Source of the DNA: Phyllobates terribilis
Taxonomy: Eukaryota
NCBI RefSeq assembly: GCF_046119375.1
Contig: NW_027362767.1
Location: 70,866,001-70,930,000 of the forward strand
Length of the DNA: 64,000 nucleotides
Direction of reading: 5' to 3'
A program made the position numbers and the translations under genes. Positions within the stretch are counted from its first letter, which is position 1. Every line of letters begins with the position of its first letter. The notes below the pieces were generated by a model. It saw only the letters and a list, made by a program, of their open reading frames with translations, searched no databases and was not told the DNA's origin. Below, in pieces: positions 12,301-24,429 of the stretch.

Positions 12301-15300
12301 TTTTGTCCGTGGACATCTTCACCTGGAGCTGTAACACGAAACTACTGGACACCAGTGCAAACTGAGTACCAGGACCCCCACACCCCCCTCCACGTGCCAT
12401 ATATACACTGCTGTCTTGTGTGTCGTGTATGGTGGTTACAGATCTCCTTAGACACCAGGTTGGGTGACTCCGCACTCTGCCCGCCCTACACCCTCTGCTT
12501 TTAATAATACATTACTGTCAATCTAATTGCACACAACAACATGGGAATGTAATGTATGTAGGACACGGTCACATGGAGCGGATTGTGCTGAGAATCTACA
12601 AGGAGTCTGATGCAAAGTCTGAACGTGGAACATAACATGATGAAGTGTGCAGTGAAAGTGCCTCCAATCCACAACCTATCCCTCAGGCTGCCGATGCTCC
12701 GCTCTGTGCCCCCACGTCTGCCCACAGCTGCTCTGTGCCCCCTGCTGTTCTCTGTGGTATAACCCACTTCTTATCTCATCTAGAGAAACAGGTAAAAGGT
12801 GAAGATCCAGCGCTGGATGATGACGTTTCACAGAACTTGATGGCAGTGGCAGAAGCGGTGAAGGAATTGGTAAGAATGAAGCAGCACATGAGCCCTAAAG
12901 GGGAGCTGTCACCCCCCCACCCCCAAAAAAGGGCATTTAGCTGCTTAAACATTTATATAGGGAACCTAGTCCCTATATAAATGATACTAGGCAGGTATAG
13001 CTAAACTTTTTAATATTTAATTCTAAATCAACTTTTATTTGATATGCGAATGAGGGCGCTTTGGCACACCATTGGCTTGGCTTATGCCTTGGTGCACCAC
13101 CACGCCCTCTTATTTGCATAATGAAGACGGTACCTTACATTGATTGACTGGTCTCGACCACCAGGATGTGAACACTGTCTCCTGTCTGCACCTGCACACA
13201 CGTCTACTCCCTTATAGTAGAAAAGTTATACGTGTAATCCTATCACCAGTACAACAACATACTTTATTACGAAGATTTCTTAGACCTGATGAGGCTGGTG
13301 TATTTATTTTGAACATCCATGTCAAAATGGAAGTAAAATCCTTTTTGAAAGTTAAAACTCAGATCTCAGTTTACCTTGCTTGATGGACAGCTCCTCAGTG
13401 TCCCTCCTCTCTGCTGCTGCTGAGTCTCCACCCAGCTGGCCTGACTGACAGCTCCTCAGTGTCCCTCCTTTCTGCTGCTGCTGAGATCTTGCTGCCTTGC
13501 ACAAGCTGCAGCTGTCAGAAAGGCTTTGTGGGCATTAGAACTTCAATAAAGAGGTTTGTTTTATCCTTTTCCTGCGCCTTATCCAGTTTCTAGCGCCCTA
13601 CTGACCACTTCAATTTGCACACAGAAAGGCTTTGAGGGCAGATACTCAATACAATTGGACTCTTTAGCTGGACACTGAAAATACTCATCTTTACACCAGA
13701 ATTATACAGACATTCTGACAATTGATTTTCAAAGTAAGTACACCAGGCTAGTCAGGTCTGCATAGATCTATATAATAATAATAATACAGAGAGTTTGTAT
13801 TATCTAAGGTCAAAAATAGTGAGCTTGCTTTTGTCTAAATTGCAAAAAAGAAAGGAATAATATGATCTTTTGCATTTTGGATAGAAGATCAGTGCTTTCA
13901 ATACATCACATTCAAGTCCCCGGAATCACAAAGCCGCTTTCTCCTTATGTGTCACATGGGACCAATTGTGATCTCTCCTCCAATTAGGAAGATATAAGAA
14001 GGCGCACGAGGGAGCTGCTGGAAGTGGAGACGATAGAAAACAGCAAATTACGCTACAAAATTATACATCTGCCCAGAATCCTCACAAGAGAGATTGAAGG
14101 TGCGTGGTACGGAGATTCTCTCTACATCAGGACCCATTAGGTGGGCTATGTGTGGGGGGAGTATGTTATATGATATGTGGTGTTTTGGTATTTTTTTGGT
14201 CGCATGTAGACCCTTTTCTGGTTTTTACATGTGGTACCATAGGTTTTTATTCCTTTAGATTCCTGTTTCTGTAAAATAATCTCATAATGGAGTTTATTTA
14301 TCAAGATAAATGCAACAAAATTCTGGCATAATTTGCTCGAAAAAACCTTCTTTATAACGTGTTGTAAAGGCGTGTGACTTAACATAGTACACAATGCACC
14401 CAAAATTGTGCTGCACATTTCTGCCACAAAAGAAAGCCAGTTAATAGTTGGTGTAAACTTGGATGAAACAGTCTGAAAATAAGACAGATTGATGAAACGG
14501 CATAAACCGCTGATAAGGGTGGAGCATTAGGAGACTGTATAGTGTACAGCTGGTCATACATATTGGCTTTTGGCCAAACTATCTTTCCGCCGATCATTCG
14601 GCCAATAGCCACCTCGGGTGGCACTCTCATACTTTGGAGCATTCGTTCGGTTGAGCGCGCCTGTGTTCTGTATGAAAGAGCCGTCGTCAGTGATGTCTGT
14701 TTATCCAGGGGAACAAAGCAATTGGCAGTCCGAAATCAGACATGCCCGATCAACATCTCCCCCCCGACGATGCTGCCCCCCACAAGCATATAAGCTTGTG
14801 GGGGGCAGCATTTTACATCAGCGGAAAAATGATCTTCCCAGAAATTGACATGCAATGTGAATCCTAAATTCCCAGCTTGTCATTGGTTTCTTGCAAAGCT
14901 TTTCCTGATTACTTTTCCCTTTGCATCAGGTGAAATAGGCTGCAAATCTGTGACAAAATTTGCATATTAAACTTTTTGCCGCAAATTTGACACATGTGGA
15001 TGCCCTCAAAAAATGTGATTTTTATTTTTTTTTTTTTTGCTCAACTATCTTTTTTTAACTTCTTCTCGACCAGGCAAAATTTCATTTTCGTACTGTCAAT
15101 TTTTCCAAGAGTCATAAATTTTTTTTTTTTTTTTTTCATTACCGATACCATATAAGAGCTCATCTCTTGCAGGATGACTCCATTAAAATTACTATATAAT
15201 GTACTGTGTACATCCGGCCATCGCTGGAGTGGAAAATGGCTAATTGGTGGAGGTGCCGGGTATCAATCCGATATTCATAACACTTCCTGGAGATAGGTCA

Positions 15301-18300
15301 TGTATGTCTTAAAGGGGTTGTGTCCGGTGAAATAAAGTTATCCCCAATGCACAGGATAAATAATAACTTACTGATTGGTGGGAGTTTGGCCACTGGGACC
15401 TACACCTGTCCTCAACTGGGTCACTTTTATCCCTGTCATAAAATGGAGCGTGATCTGTGAGGCTGCCGGAAAAAGCGGAATTCAACCCTATATGAATGGA
15501 GCTGTACATTCAAACTAAGATAAAAGTTCCCCATTGGGGATCTGTACAGGTCCCAGCAGTCGCACCCTCTTGATCAACAAGTTATCATCTATCCTATGAA
15601 TAGATAATAACTTGTTTTTTTGCCAGACAGCCCCTTTAGATGAATTAATGGTGTGAACTGAGGGGCCGCTCTATATCAGTCTGTTATGAGTGCCAGGGAT
15701 ATGTTTTTCCTGTTACTAGACGCGGTTACAAGTGCTCGTGAGTCCATTGCTTTGGAGAGGCGTCAATTAGAAAAAGAATTGATGAGTATAACCTTGGAAC
15801 TGGAGAAATCGCAAAGAAAAGAGAAGGAAACTGAAGAAATGAATGTATTTTTGAGGTAAATGTATCCTTATATTCTTTAGAATCAGCAGCCATTAATCTT
15901 CATACAGTAGTGACAAATATTATTTACAGTGCAGCATGGAGGGTGAATCTCCTCTCAGAACGTGCAGAATGTTCTGTAGTGAAATGTCAATATCTGAAGC
16001 TGAAAGGGTTAGTTAACTAGACAGCATGAAAATAAGCAAGTTTGCAATTGACTTGTTTTTTTCTATCTGCTGTCATTCTCCTGCAATGAATGCTTTTATC
16101 TTACATAGTCTACTGCTGGTTTCCATGGAAATCAGCCACCAATGCCTGCCCAGACCTTGTCTGAGAGTGTGCAGTAGTTACATTTCAGTAGAATAGTTAA
16201 CTCCTAACATTCCAGCCACCTCTCTCCTTCCCATTGATTTCTATACACCAGTTATCTGATCAGCTCCTTGCAAACTATTATAAATCTTGCAAAAGCAACA
16301 GCCTCCTAATTACTGCTCTCACTGTCTGAGCTGTGTGCTTGTTCAAATGCCTCGTTATCTCTATATGCAAATACAGTGATAGCTGTGTAGCCCGCCCTGC
16401 CAAAAAAAAAAACAGGCAGTAAGGAGACTGCACATCTCTAGAGCCAACTTGAGAATATCAATAAGGGAAGTGGAGAATTATATGCTGCATAAGAAAATAA
16501 ATAAATAAATAAAACAGGGCTCCAACTGCAATAAAAAATAGATTGGACAATAAATCGGTACAGAAATGCTTTAATGCATGACCACTGAACTGCTTTTTAT
16601 TGGTCTGGTTTTATCATTGGGATGTTATTTGCTGACATGTACAGTGAATTTCATTTTATTCATAGCCAGCAGGGGGAAACCTTATGGGACAAGCATCAAG
16701 AAGCAGTGGATCTCCTAAACCAGCAGATGGCAGGCAAAGCCCATCAGAGCATTCGTGTAAATGAGACCCACAACAAGCGAAAAGAAGCCGAGGAAGCCGT
16801 CATCGAGTATCAGAACCGGACTGAAGACCTGGCAGAGGACATGGCTATAGAAAGGCAGCAGTTCATCGAGGAGACGGAAAGACTAACTGCGGAGGTGCAC
16901 ATGGTCCTCACATATGAATATTCGTTTTTATAGCTTGGCAATTACATCCAGCTTCATTCTTTTAGTTGTAGTCACTTCATGAGTCCTAACACTACATTTA
17001 CAAGTACTTGCTTGTATTCTAGCTTTTGCTACATTGCACATTACATTCCACTTGGAAGCTTGTAATAAATTTTATAACTAAACAAATATTGCTCAAAATT
17101 AACAATAACATTGACCTTTTTTACAGCAAATTCACAAAATTGTGTGGATCCTGCGCTTTTGGTGCAGCAAAAATATGCAGCGTCAAAAAACGCACCCACA
17201 TAGGAACGATTGCCCAAAGCGCTGCATTTTTATGGTGCTGTAGAATTCTGGTGATTTTCGGGGACTCAGGGACCCTGTGTGACCAGAAAGAGCCCCAGGG
17301 CTGTGTAATTACTAAGCCTGATGGCAGAGTATTCTTGCAGTCTAAAGTTATTGAACCCCAAATGTCATAGCACCAGTGTGAATATTGGCCAAAATAAATG
17401 TTTGCGGAAACACATAATAAAAAAGAACCCTCTGAAATATTTATCAACATGATTGGCTGTCTAGATTGCAGAAACGCAAAGAAAGACCGAAATACAAGAT
17501 GCCAAAAATGCAGAAAAGAAAGTATATATCAGCCAGAGGAGGTCGGTGCTATATGAATTGGAAGAGAAAATTAACATGGAAAAAGAGGTAAGATGTGGAA
17601 GCTAGATGTCGATAGAAATGGGATTGTACGTATCATTGTATAAATAGATTCATAGTACACAGTATTCTGTGCAATGAAAGAAGAACTACATGAAGAAGAA
17701 ATATAACAGGATCAGGTGCCCGTACACACGAGAGGAGGGGTGTTCGGAAACCAGAAAATCAGGTAATCCCAACATCTGTTGCGGAAAGTCGAGAGGCCTG
17801 CTTACACATCAGATGGACGGGCTGTGCTGCAATAATCGTCAGGGACAGCTGACTTTAGTCTAATGTGCAGGGGGTCTTTAGTGCCACGTATTTCAGCACA
17901 GTTCCCCCAACCACCGGCCCAGGAGCCACATGTGCCACATTATATCTAACAGCAGCTGCAATGGCAACATGTCCTTCTGTCTGCTCGCATACCGCTGCCT
18001 TAACACAATAGTAGAATAAAAGATATGATGTAAAGTAATATCACTGGTTTCCTTAGCCTCATACAGTCAGTGAATGTGATGGCCAGGGACCTCAAATGCT
18101 GAGCTATGCATGGTCACTAGAAATATTGTACACATATTTTTTTTATTTTCCTCTTCTTTTTTTTTTTTTTCAGAATATATCTTCTATGAAGGGCAGGGTT
18201 TTACTTTTGGAAGCTTCACATGGGCGACTGACCAATAAACTAGGCCTACAAAAGAAACAGTCAGCGGATACTGAAAACAAAATGTGAGTCGTAGTGATAA

Positions 18301-21300
18301 GAGATGTTCCTGCCTGTCCATAGGATCAATCTCCAGGAAAGACCAAAAGGATTCTGTGTTAAAATTTGCATACCTAACCCTTCTCAGGGGAGCGTAAAGA
18401 CCCTATACCCATTAGATGTCCATACCCTTTACCCATTATTGTCTATATTGAGGTTTTAATACTAGAGAGAGGACCGTCCTGCTTGGGGTCACCTTGTCGT
18501 GGTGGGATGGCTTTTACGCTTTTTTGATAAAAATAGTGTTAACTAAGTTTCCTATATTATTTATGTGTCCTATTACTATTTACCTACTCCGGGGTATATG
18601 CTCATATTTTTTTTTCTCTTAGGTTTAACCCATTAGATAGTTGGCTAGCCAAAATTGGTAGGCTTGGACCGCAATGATCTACTGTGTATGGTGTCTCTAA
18701 TATGTGAATCTTCTGCTACTATTTACATAATCGATTGTCTTAACATGGATATGTCTAACGACTTGAATTCACAAATTGTCTTTTTATACATCTTAGAGAT
18801 ATTCTACAGCTCCACATGGCGAATAGGACAGAGCAGTTTTCCAATCAAAGCAACTCTTTGAAAGATGAAATATCAAAGGTAAAGGTAGTGTTGTAATTAT
18901 GATGTTTATTGTGAACACTGTATCTTAAAATATTAAATATATAAAAAAGTATATTTTATTGTCAAAGGACACAGACTGATGTAAAAAAAAATAAAGCAAT
19001 TAATGCTCCCCTAACTGCCACTCTTCATAAATGGAGGTGGCCCCATACCCACAGCTTTCTCTTCATTTGTATGGAAGTTCTAAAAATTTCCTTGCACGCT
19101 TAGTCTGCAATTTTTGGGACTCATGCAAATTCATGCACAACTGTGCCTTTTTTTTTTTTTCCCTGGATAGTACACGATGCTGCCCTGTTCATGAGATAGG
19201 TGCGGGTCCCAGAGCTGGTACCCACATCTATCATGTACAAGGTGAGAATACCCCTTTAAGTATGATATAATCATATTTTCTTTCCAGGAAACCCTGAGTA
19301 CACATCTTTCTCAATTCCATTGTTCAGGTCCGTCATTGAAGTAGATGTATAGGAAGCAAGCGGTGATGGTCCTGTTACATGACGGACATGATAGACCCCA
19401 TTGACTTATGTTAGCATCTTTCATTTGAATTGGATGGTTTCTCTAGCCATTGGCAGATGATTCTATTTCCCAGCAGCATATATACAGGAAAAGGGGTCTC
19501 TCAGCAAAGACCACAATAAATCCCCCCATTCCCCTATTTGATGCTTGTTTATCCACGTGTCTGACTGAGACGGTATGCACATACTTGCCCAGCAGGCTGA
19601 CTATCAGAATTGCCTCACATTCTGCTAATATTGTTATAGGACATCCATAATATATGGAGCTTTTCCTTGAGTTGCATGTTTGTGTTAATTTGCACTTTAA
19701 ATTATACAAAATTTCTCTGGAGATACTTTCCTATTAGGCAGGGTCATATTCTGTCTCATCTGGTGAGATGGATCCTCAAAGCCTCTGGTCAGGACTAGCA
19801 GTTCCTGAGCTACATACTGAAGATGTACCAAGCTACAGAGAAGATGCTGAATTGGTGAAGCAGGGGTGGAACAGCGGTGGCTGGTGGAACAGCTTTGGCT
19901 GGTGAAGCAGGGGTGGACCAGCGGTGGCTGGTGAAGTGGGGGTGGACCAGCGGTGGCTGGTGAAGTGGGGGTGGACCAGCGGTGGCTGGTGAAGTGGGGG
20001 TGGACCAGCGGTGGCTGGTGAAGCGGGGGTGGACCAGCGGTGGCTGGTGAAGCGGGGGTGGACCAGCGGTGGCTGGTGAAGCGGGGGTGGACCAGCGGTG
20101 GCTGGTGAAGCGGGGGTGGACCAGCGGTGGCTGGTGAAGCGGGGGTGGACCAGCGGTGGCTGGTGAAGCGGGGGTGGACGAGCGGTGGCTGGTGAAGCGG
20201 GGGTGGACGAGCGGTGGCTGGTGAAGCGGGGGTGGACGAGCGTTGGCTGGTGAAGCGGGGGTGGACCAGCGGTGGCTGGTGAAGCGGGGGTGGACCAGCG
20301 GTGGCTGGTGAAGCGGGGGTGGACCAGCGGTGGCTGGTGAAGCGGGGGTGGACCAGCGGTGGCTGGTGAAGCGGGGGTGGACCAGCGGTGGCTGGTGAAG
20401 CGGGGGTGGAAGAGCGTTGGCTGGTGAAGCGGGGGTGGAAGAGCGGGGGTGAAAGAGCGGTGGCTGGTGGAAGAGCGGTGGCTGGTGGAAGAGCGGTGGC
20501 TGGTGGAAGAGCGGTGGCTGGTGAAGCAGGGGTGGAACAGCGGTGGCTGGTGAAGCAGGGGTGGAACAGCGGTGGCTGGTGAAGCAGGGGTGGAACAGCG
20601 GTGGCTGGTGGAACAGCGGTGGAACAGCGGTGGCTGGTGAAGCAGGGGTGGAACAGCGGTGGCTGGTGAAGCAGGGGTGGAACAGCGGTGGCTGGTGGAA
20701 CAGCGGTGGAACAGCGGTGGCTGGTGAAGCAGGGGTGGAACAGCGGTGGCTGGTGAAGCAGGGGTGGAACAGCGGTGGCTGGTGAAGCAGGGGTGGAACA
20801 GCGGTGGCTGGTGAAGCAGGGGTGGCTGGTGAAGCAGGGGTGGAACAGTGGTGGCTGATCTAGGAGAGTTGTAGCAACATAGCAGTGCTGGAACAGTATA
20901 ACACAGATGTTTCTGGAGTCCTGCACAGCGTAGTGGCTGCCTGAGCCGGATTTAAAGGACCCGGGCTGACGTAATTGGAGCACATTGGGTTGTCGGCAGT
21001 GGCTGGCAGCGCTTGGTACTGGAAGCAGCACAGGTGACTGACCAGCATTTTCATAGTATGACACTACTGAATGTTGCCATATATGTATAGATTGTGCCAT
21101 CACAGGTTTTAAACTTCCTTTACTTTCTTATATTATCTTAGTTTTTTTCCCCTTAATTTTAGTTGTCCCTTATGTGTCAATATCAAAGGGCTTTTATCAA
21201 AATGTGTCAGTAAAAGCCTGACCTTTCATTACACAAACCTCAGAGGGTGCCTAGGACTTATGACTTGGCAATGGCCCAGGTGTAACTTTAAGATAAAAAT

Positions 21301-24300
21301 AGATGAAGGAAGTAACTTCACTAAATGTCATAGATTAATATTTCACAAGGCAAAACTGCATGTCTGACTGGCAGCGGCATATCCATTTTATAGATAGAAT
21401 ATTATGCTATGCGGAGCTGTTATCTTATTGATGCTTACTAACTAGCCCTGAGCATCCTGAGCAGTCTCCCTATTTAACTAGTTGTGGACATTTTCACACG
21501 TGGGATTTCTTTGGAAAAGCAGAATTGTGAGGATGACCATTGAATGTCTTCGATAGATTTGCAGTGTGAAATAAAGCAGATCTGCATGTAAACTCTGCTT
21601 CATTCAGTGGGGCTAATCCATGTATTGCTACCCAATAGGGTTTCCACAAATAATCCAGGTCAAGAATTGAAATGTCAATTTATTTTATTTTTACTTTGAT
21701 ACGAATGTTTTATAAACCAGGCAGCGGATTCCCATTGAAACCTATAGGAGTCAAAATATGCCCAGATTATGTGGACTTTGCTGTGGAATCTGCATCAGAA
21801 TCTCTGTAAAACATCTTTCTTTGTGAACATACTTGTATTCTGCTTAATATTACATTTTGAAGTTAGTTTGAAAGGAAAAAGAAATATGGTTTCAGCTCAC
21901 AGATCTTGATTTATTCTGTACATGAACTTGGAAATTTGCTCACAATTCATTTGATTTTTCTATGGGAAATTGTGTATATTATGGAAAATGTCATCTGTTC
22001 ATGAATGACAAGTGTTACGCATTAAAGTTGCAACAACAACAAAAAAATTAAATTGGCTTTCCTCATACAGTATATTATCTGTGATCTGGACACTTTTGTG
22101 GCAAATTTTGGCTAAAATAACTTTTGCAATAGGGTTTCATTAACACTTTTGGACTGTACTGCTTATACAGCCTCTATGAATCACAGTACATAGGTTACCT
22201 TTAACTCATTCTGCAGTATGCTGACTTTATATTCATGCAGTGTGAATCCTACATTGCCTGCTTTATTCTGAATTGCTGCCGCATTTTAGAGAAAATCTAG
22301 TTTACAAAGCCGCTCGGGGACTGTGCGCCTCAGATGACAAGTCTGAGTGTTTATAGGGAGAGACCTGTTGGGAAAGTTTAAGTGCACCAAGAGGGGAAGG
22401 AAGCCTAAACACTAGGGAAAGGGGGAGTGGAGACCCCTAGGCAGATCTGACTCCCCTAACGTCCCTAAATAGATTTCGCACCTATCGCCGAGCAGGAAAC
22501 CTTAGCCCTGACTGTCCCTAGTGATAGGCCCTAGATGGAGAGGGGATGGGGTGAGCACTAGTCAGCCTCCACTGCAACTAAGGACAAACAGGTAAAAAGA
22601 CAAGGGAAACACTTAGCTTGAGAAGACACCAGAGAGATCACGTCAACTATCCTCCAAGGGAACTCCAAGAAGACATTAGGCGACTACTAGTACTCCAGGC
22701 ATGGACAGAGGAAAATAGAGCTATCAGCGACCACTCTCTGGAGAGACTGAAGGTATTTAAACATCCAGCAAGGGTGTGTCAATTAGCAGCAGAAGGTGGA
22801 GGACACTGCTAGGTCCTAGAGGGAGAAGGATATCACTTCACTACAGAAATGAAAAGATCAAGAAGGTGCCTGCAGAGCCAAGCGCAGTGACTTTCTACAG
22901 CTGGATCCAAGACGACTGTCTGTCACACCGGACACCCCTGTGACTGATTTATTATTATTATTATTGGAATTATTCTTCCACATATTTACACTAGGTGTAA
23001 TGTATTTCAGTTCATTATTTTTGTTTTTTTACTCCTAGTTAGATGAGCAAATGAACGCTGCTGAAATATTACACAAGTCTCTGACAGAAAAGCATAAAGA
23101 TCTGAAGCTGAAATACCAGACGGCGTCCGAGGAGGAAGACAGGCAGCATGCGATAAAGAAGGACCTGGCTAAGCAGTAAGATTGCGCTTGTTTTATATCA
23201 AACCTTAGTAAATATAAAATCAACTAGAATGGTAAACACACAGCTCTGATCTGCACACTTATTATATTTTTTTTAAAGACTTGCAACATCCAGATCTGCT
23301 CTCGACGAGAAACAGGACCTTATAGGAAAGTTAAAAATGGAACTAACAGAGATGGAGCATGATACTGAAAACCTGTTGGAAAGCCTGAGGTACGTTGCGA
23401 TTAACCATCCATTTATGATTGTTATATACTCGTGATGCATCATTACGTTAATATGTATTTACAGGATTTCCACCGAGCAGCTCGCCACTCACGTGGAAGA
23501 ATTCAAGGAAAATCTCACAAGCGAACGTCAAAAAAGGTCTGATCTGAACATTTGTATGTAGATTTATATCTTTCCTCTTCTTTTTTTTTAACTATTATTA
23601 TTATTATTATTATTATTATTTATGGATGTGTTCAGTATTTGTATATATCTTGTCTCATGATGCATCATATGTAGCACAGAATGAGCATCCAGATTAAAAA
23701 AGATGAAGTGGCCAAAGAGATGGAGCTGTGGAAACTGTCTGAGGAAGGGTTTGTGACTGAGATGAAGAAAAGAGTTCAGCAAGGACAAAATAAGAAAGCC
23801 TTTTTAACAAATGAGGTGAGACATAAACCCAGGGAGTAAGTGAGACTTCAATTTAGTACCAGAAACTGCACTGGAAGAACTTTAAATACATTTTCCAAAA
23901 ATAATGTTCAATAACATTTAAGGCAACAGGGAAATTCAGGTAGCATTTTTTCTTTTAAAGGCTATATGGCAATGTATAATCTGTGAATGCAATGCAGACT
24001 ACAGGCTGCCGCAAAACTTGTAAAAACGAGTGCTTTTGCAAATTGCTGCTTATTGAATTTTGCAGCCGTTCTTCTGATTTTTAATTCTTCTATACAACTT
24101 GTTGCCTAGGAGACCGACCACCGCCGCTGTCTAGCTTGTAAGCGCTGCACTGAAACTGGCCGGAATTGGTAACCACACGCTCCAGTGACCCCGGCCAGCA
24201 AAAACAGTGCTCAGAAGCCGAATGTAAAATTGCTTATAAACACTAGGCATGTTGTGTTGTCCTAGATGCGGTGGTCGGTCTCCAAGGCAATGAGCTGTAG

Positions 24301-24383
24301 AGAAAAGAACAGCTGAAAAGTTTAATACACAGTAAATTACAAAAAAAAGGATGTGTGTGTGTATATGTGTGTATATGTATATG

Positions 24384-24429
<46 letters not shown>

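Noticed and set aside
12573-12783. In-frame extension upstream of CCDC175 exon 2 with a single TAA at 12633
   Set aside because: A better model uses the acceptor at 12783/12784 joined in phase to exon 9357-9426, so no premature stop needs to be invoked.
13281-13305. CCTGATGA motifs here and at ~26190-26205 (minus)
   Set aside because: Shared cttagacctgatga.gctggtgta is the end of a TTAA MITE; no GAAA or stems follow.
19697-21103. 468-aa Pro/His-rich minus-strand ORF
   Set aside because: Produced by a stop-free 29-bp minisatellite whose unit is not a multiple of 3; intronic and antisense to CCDC175.
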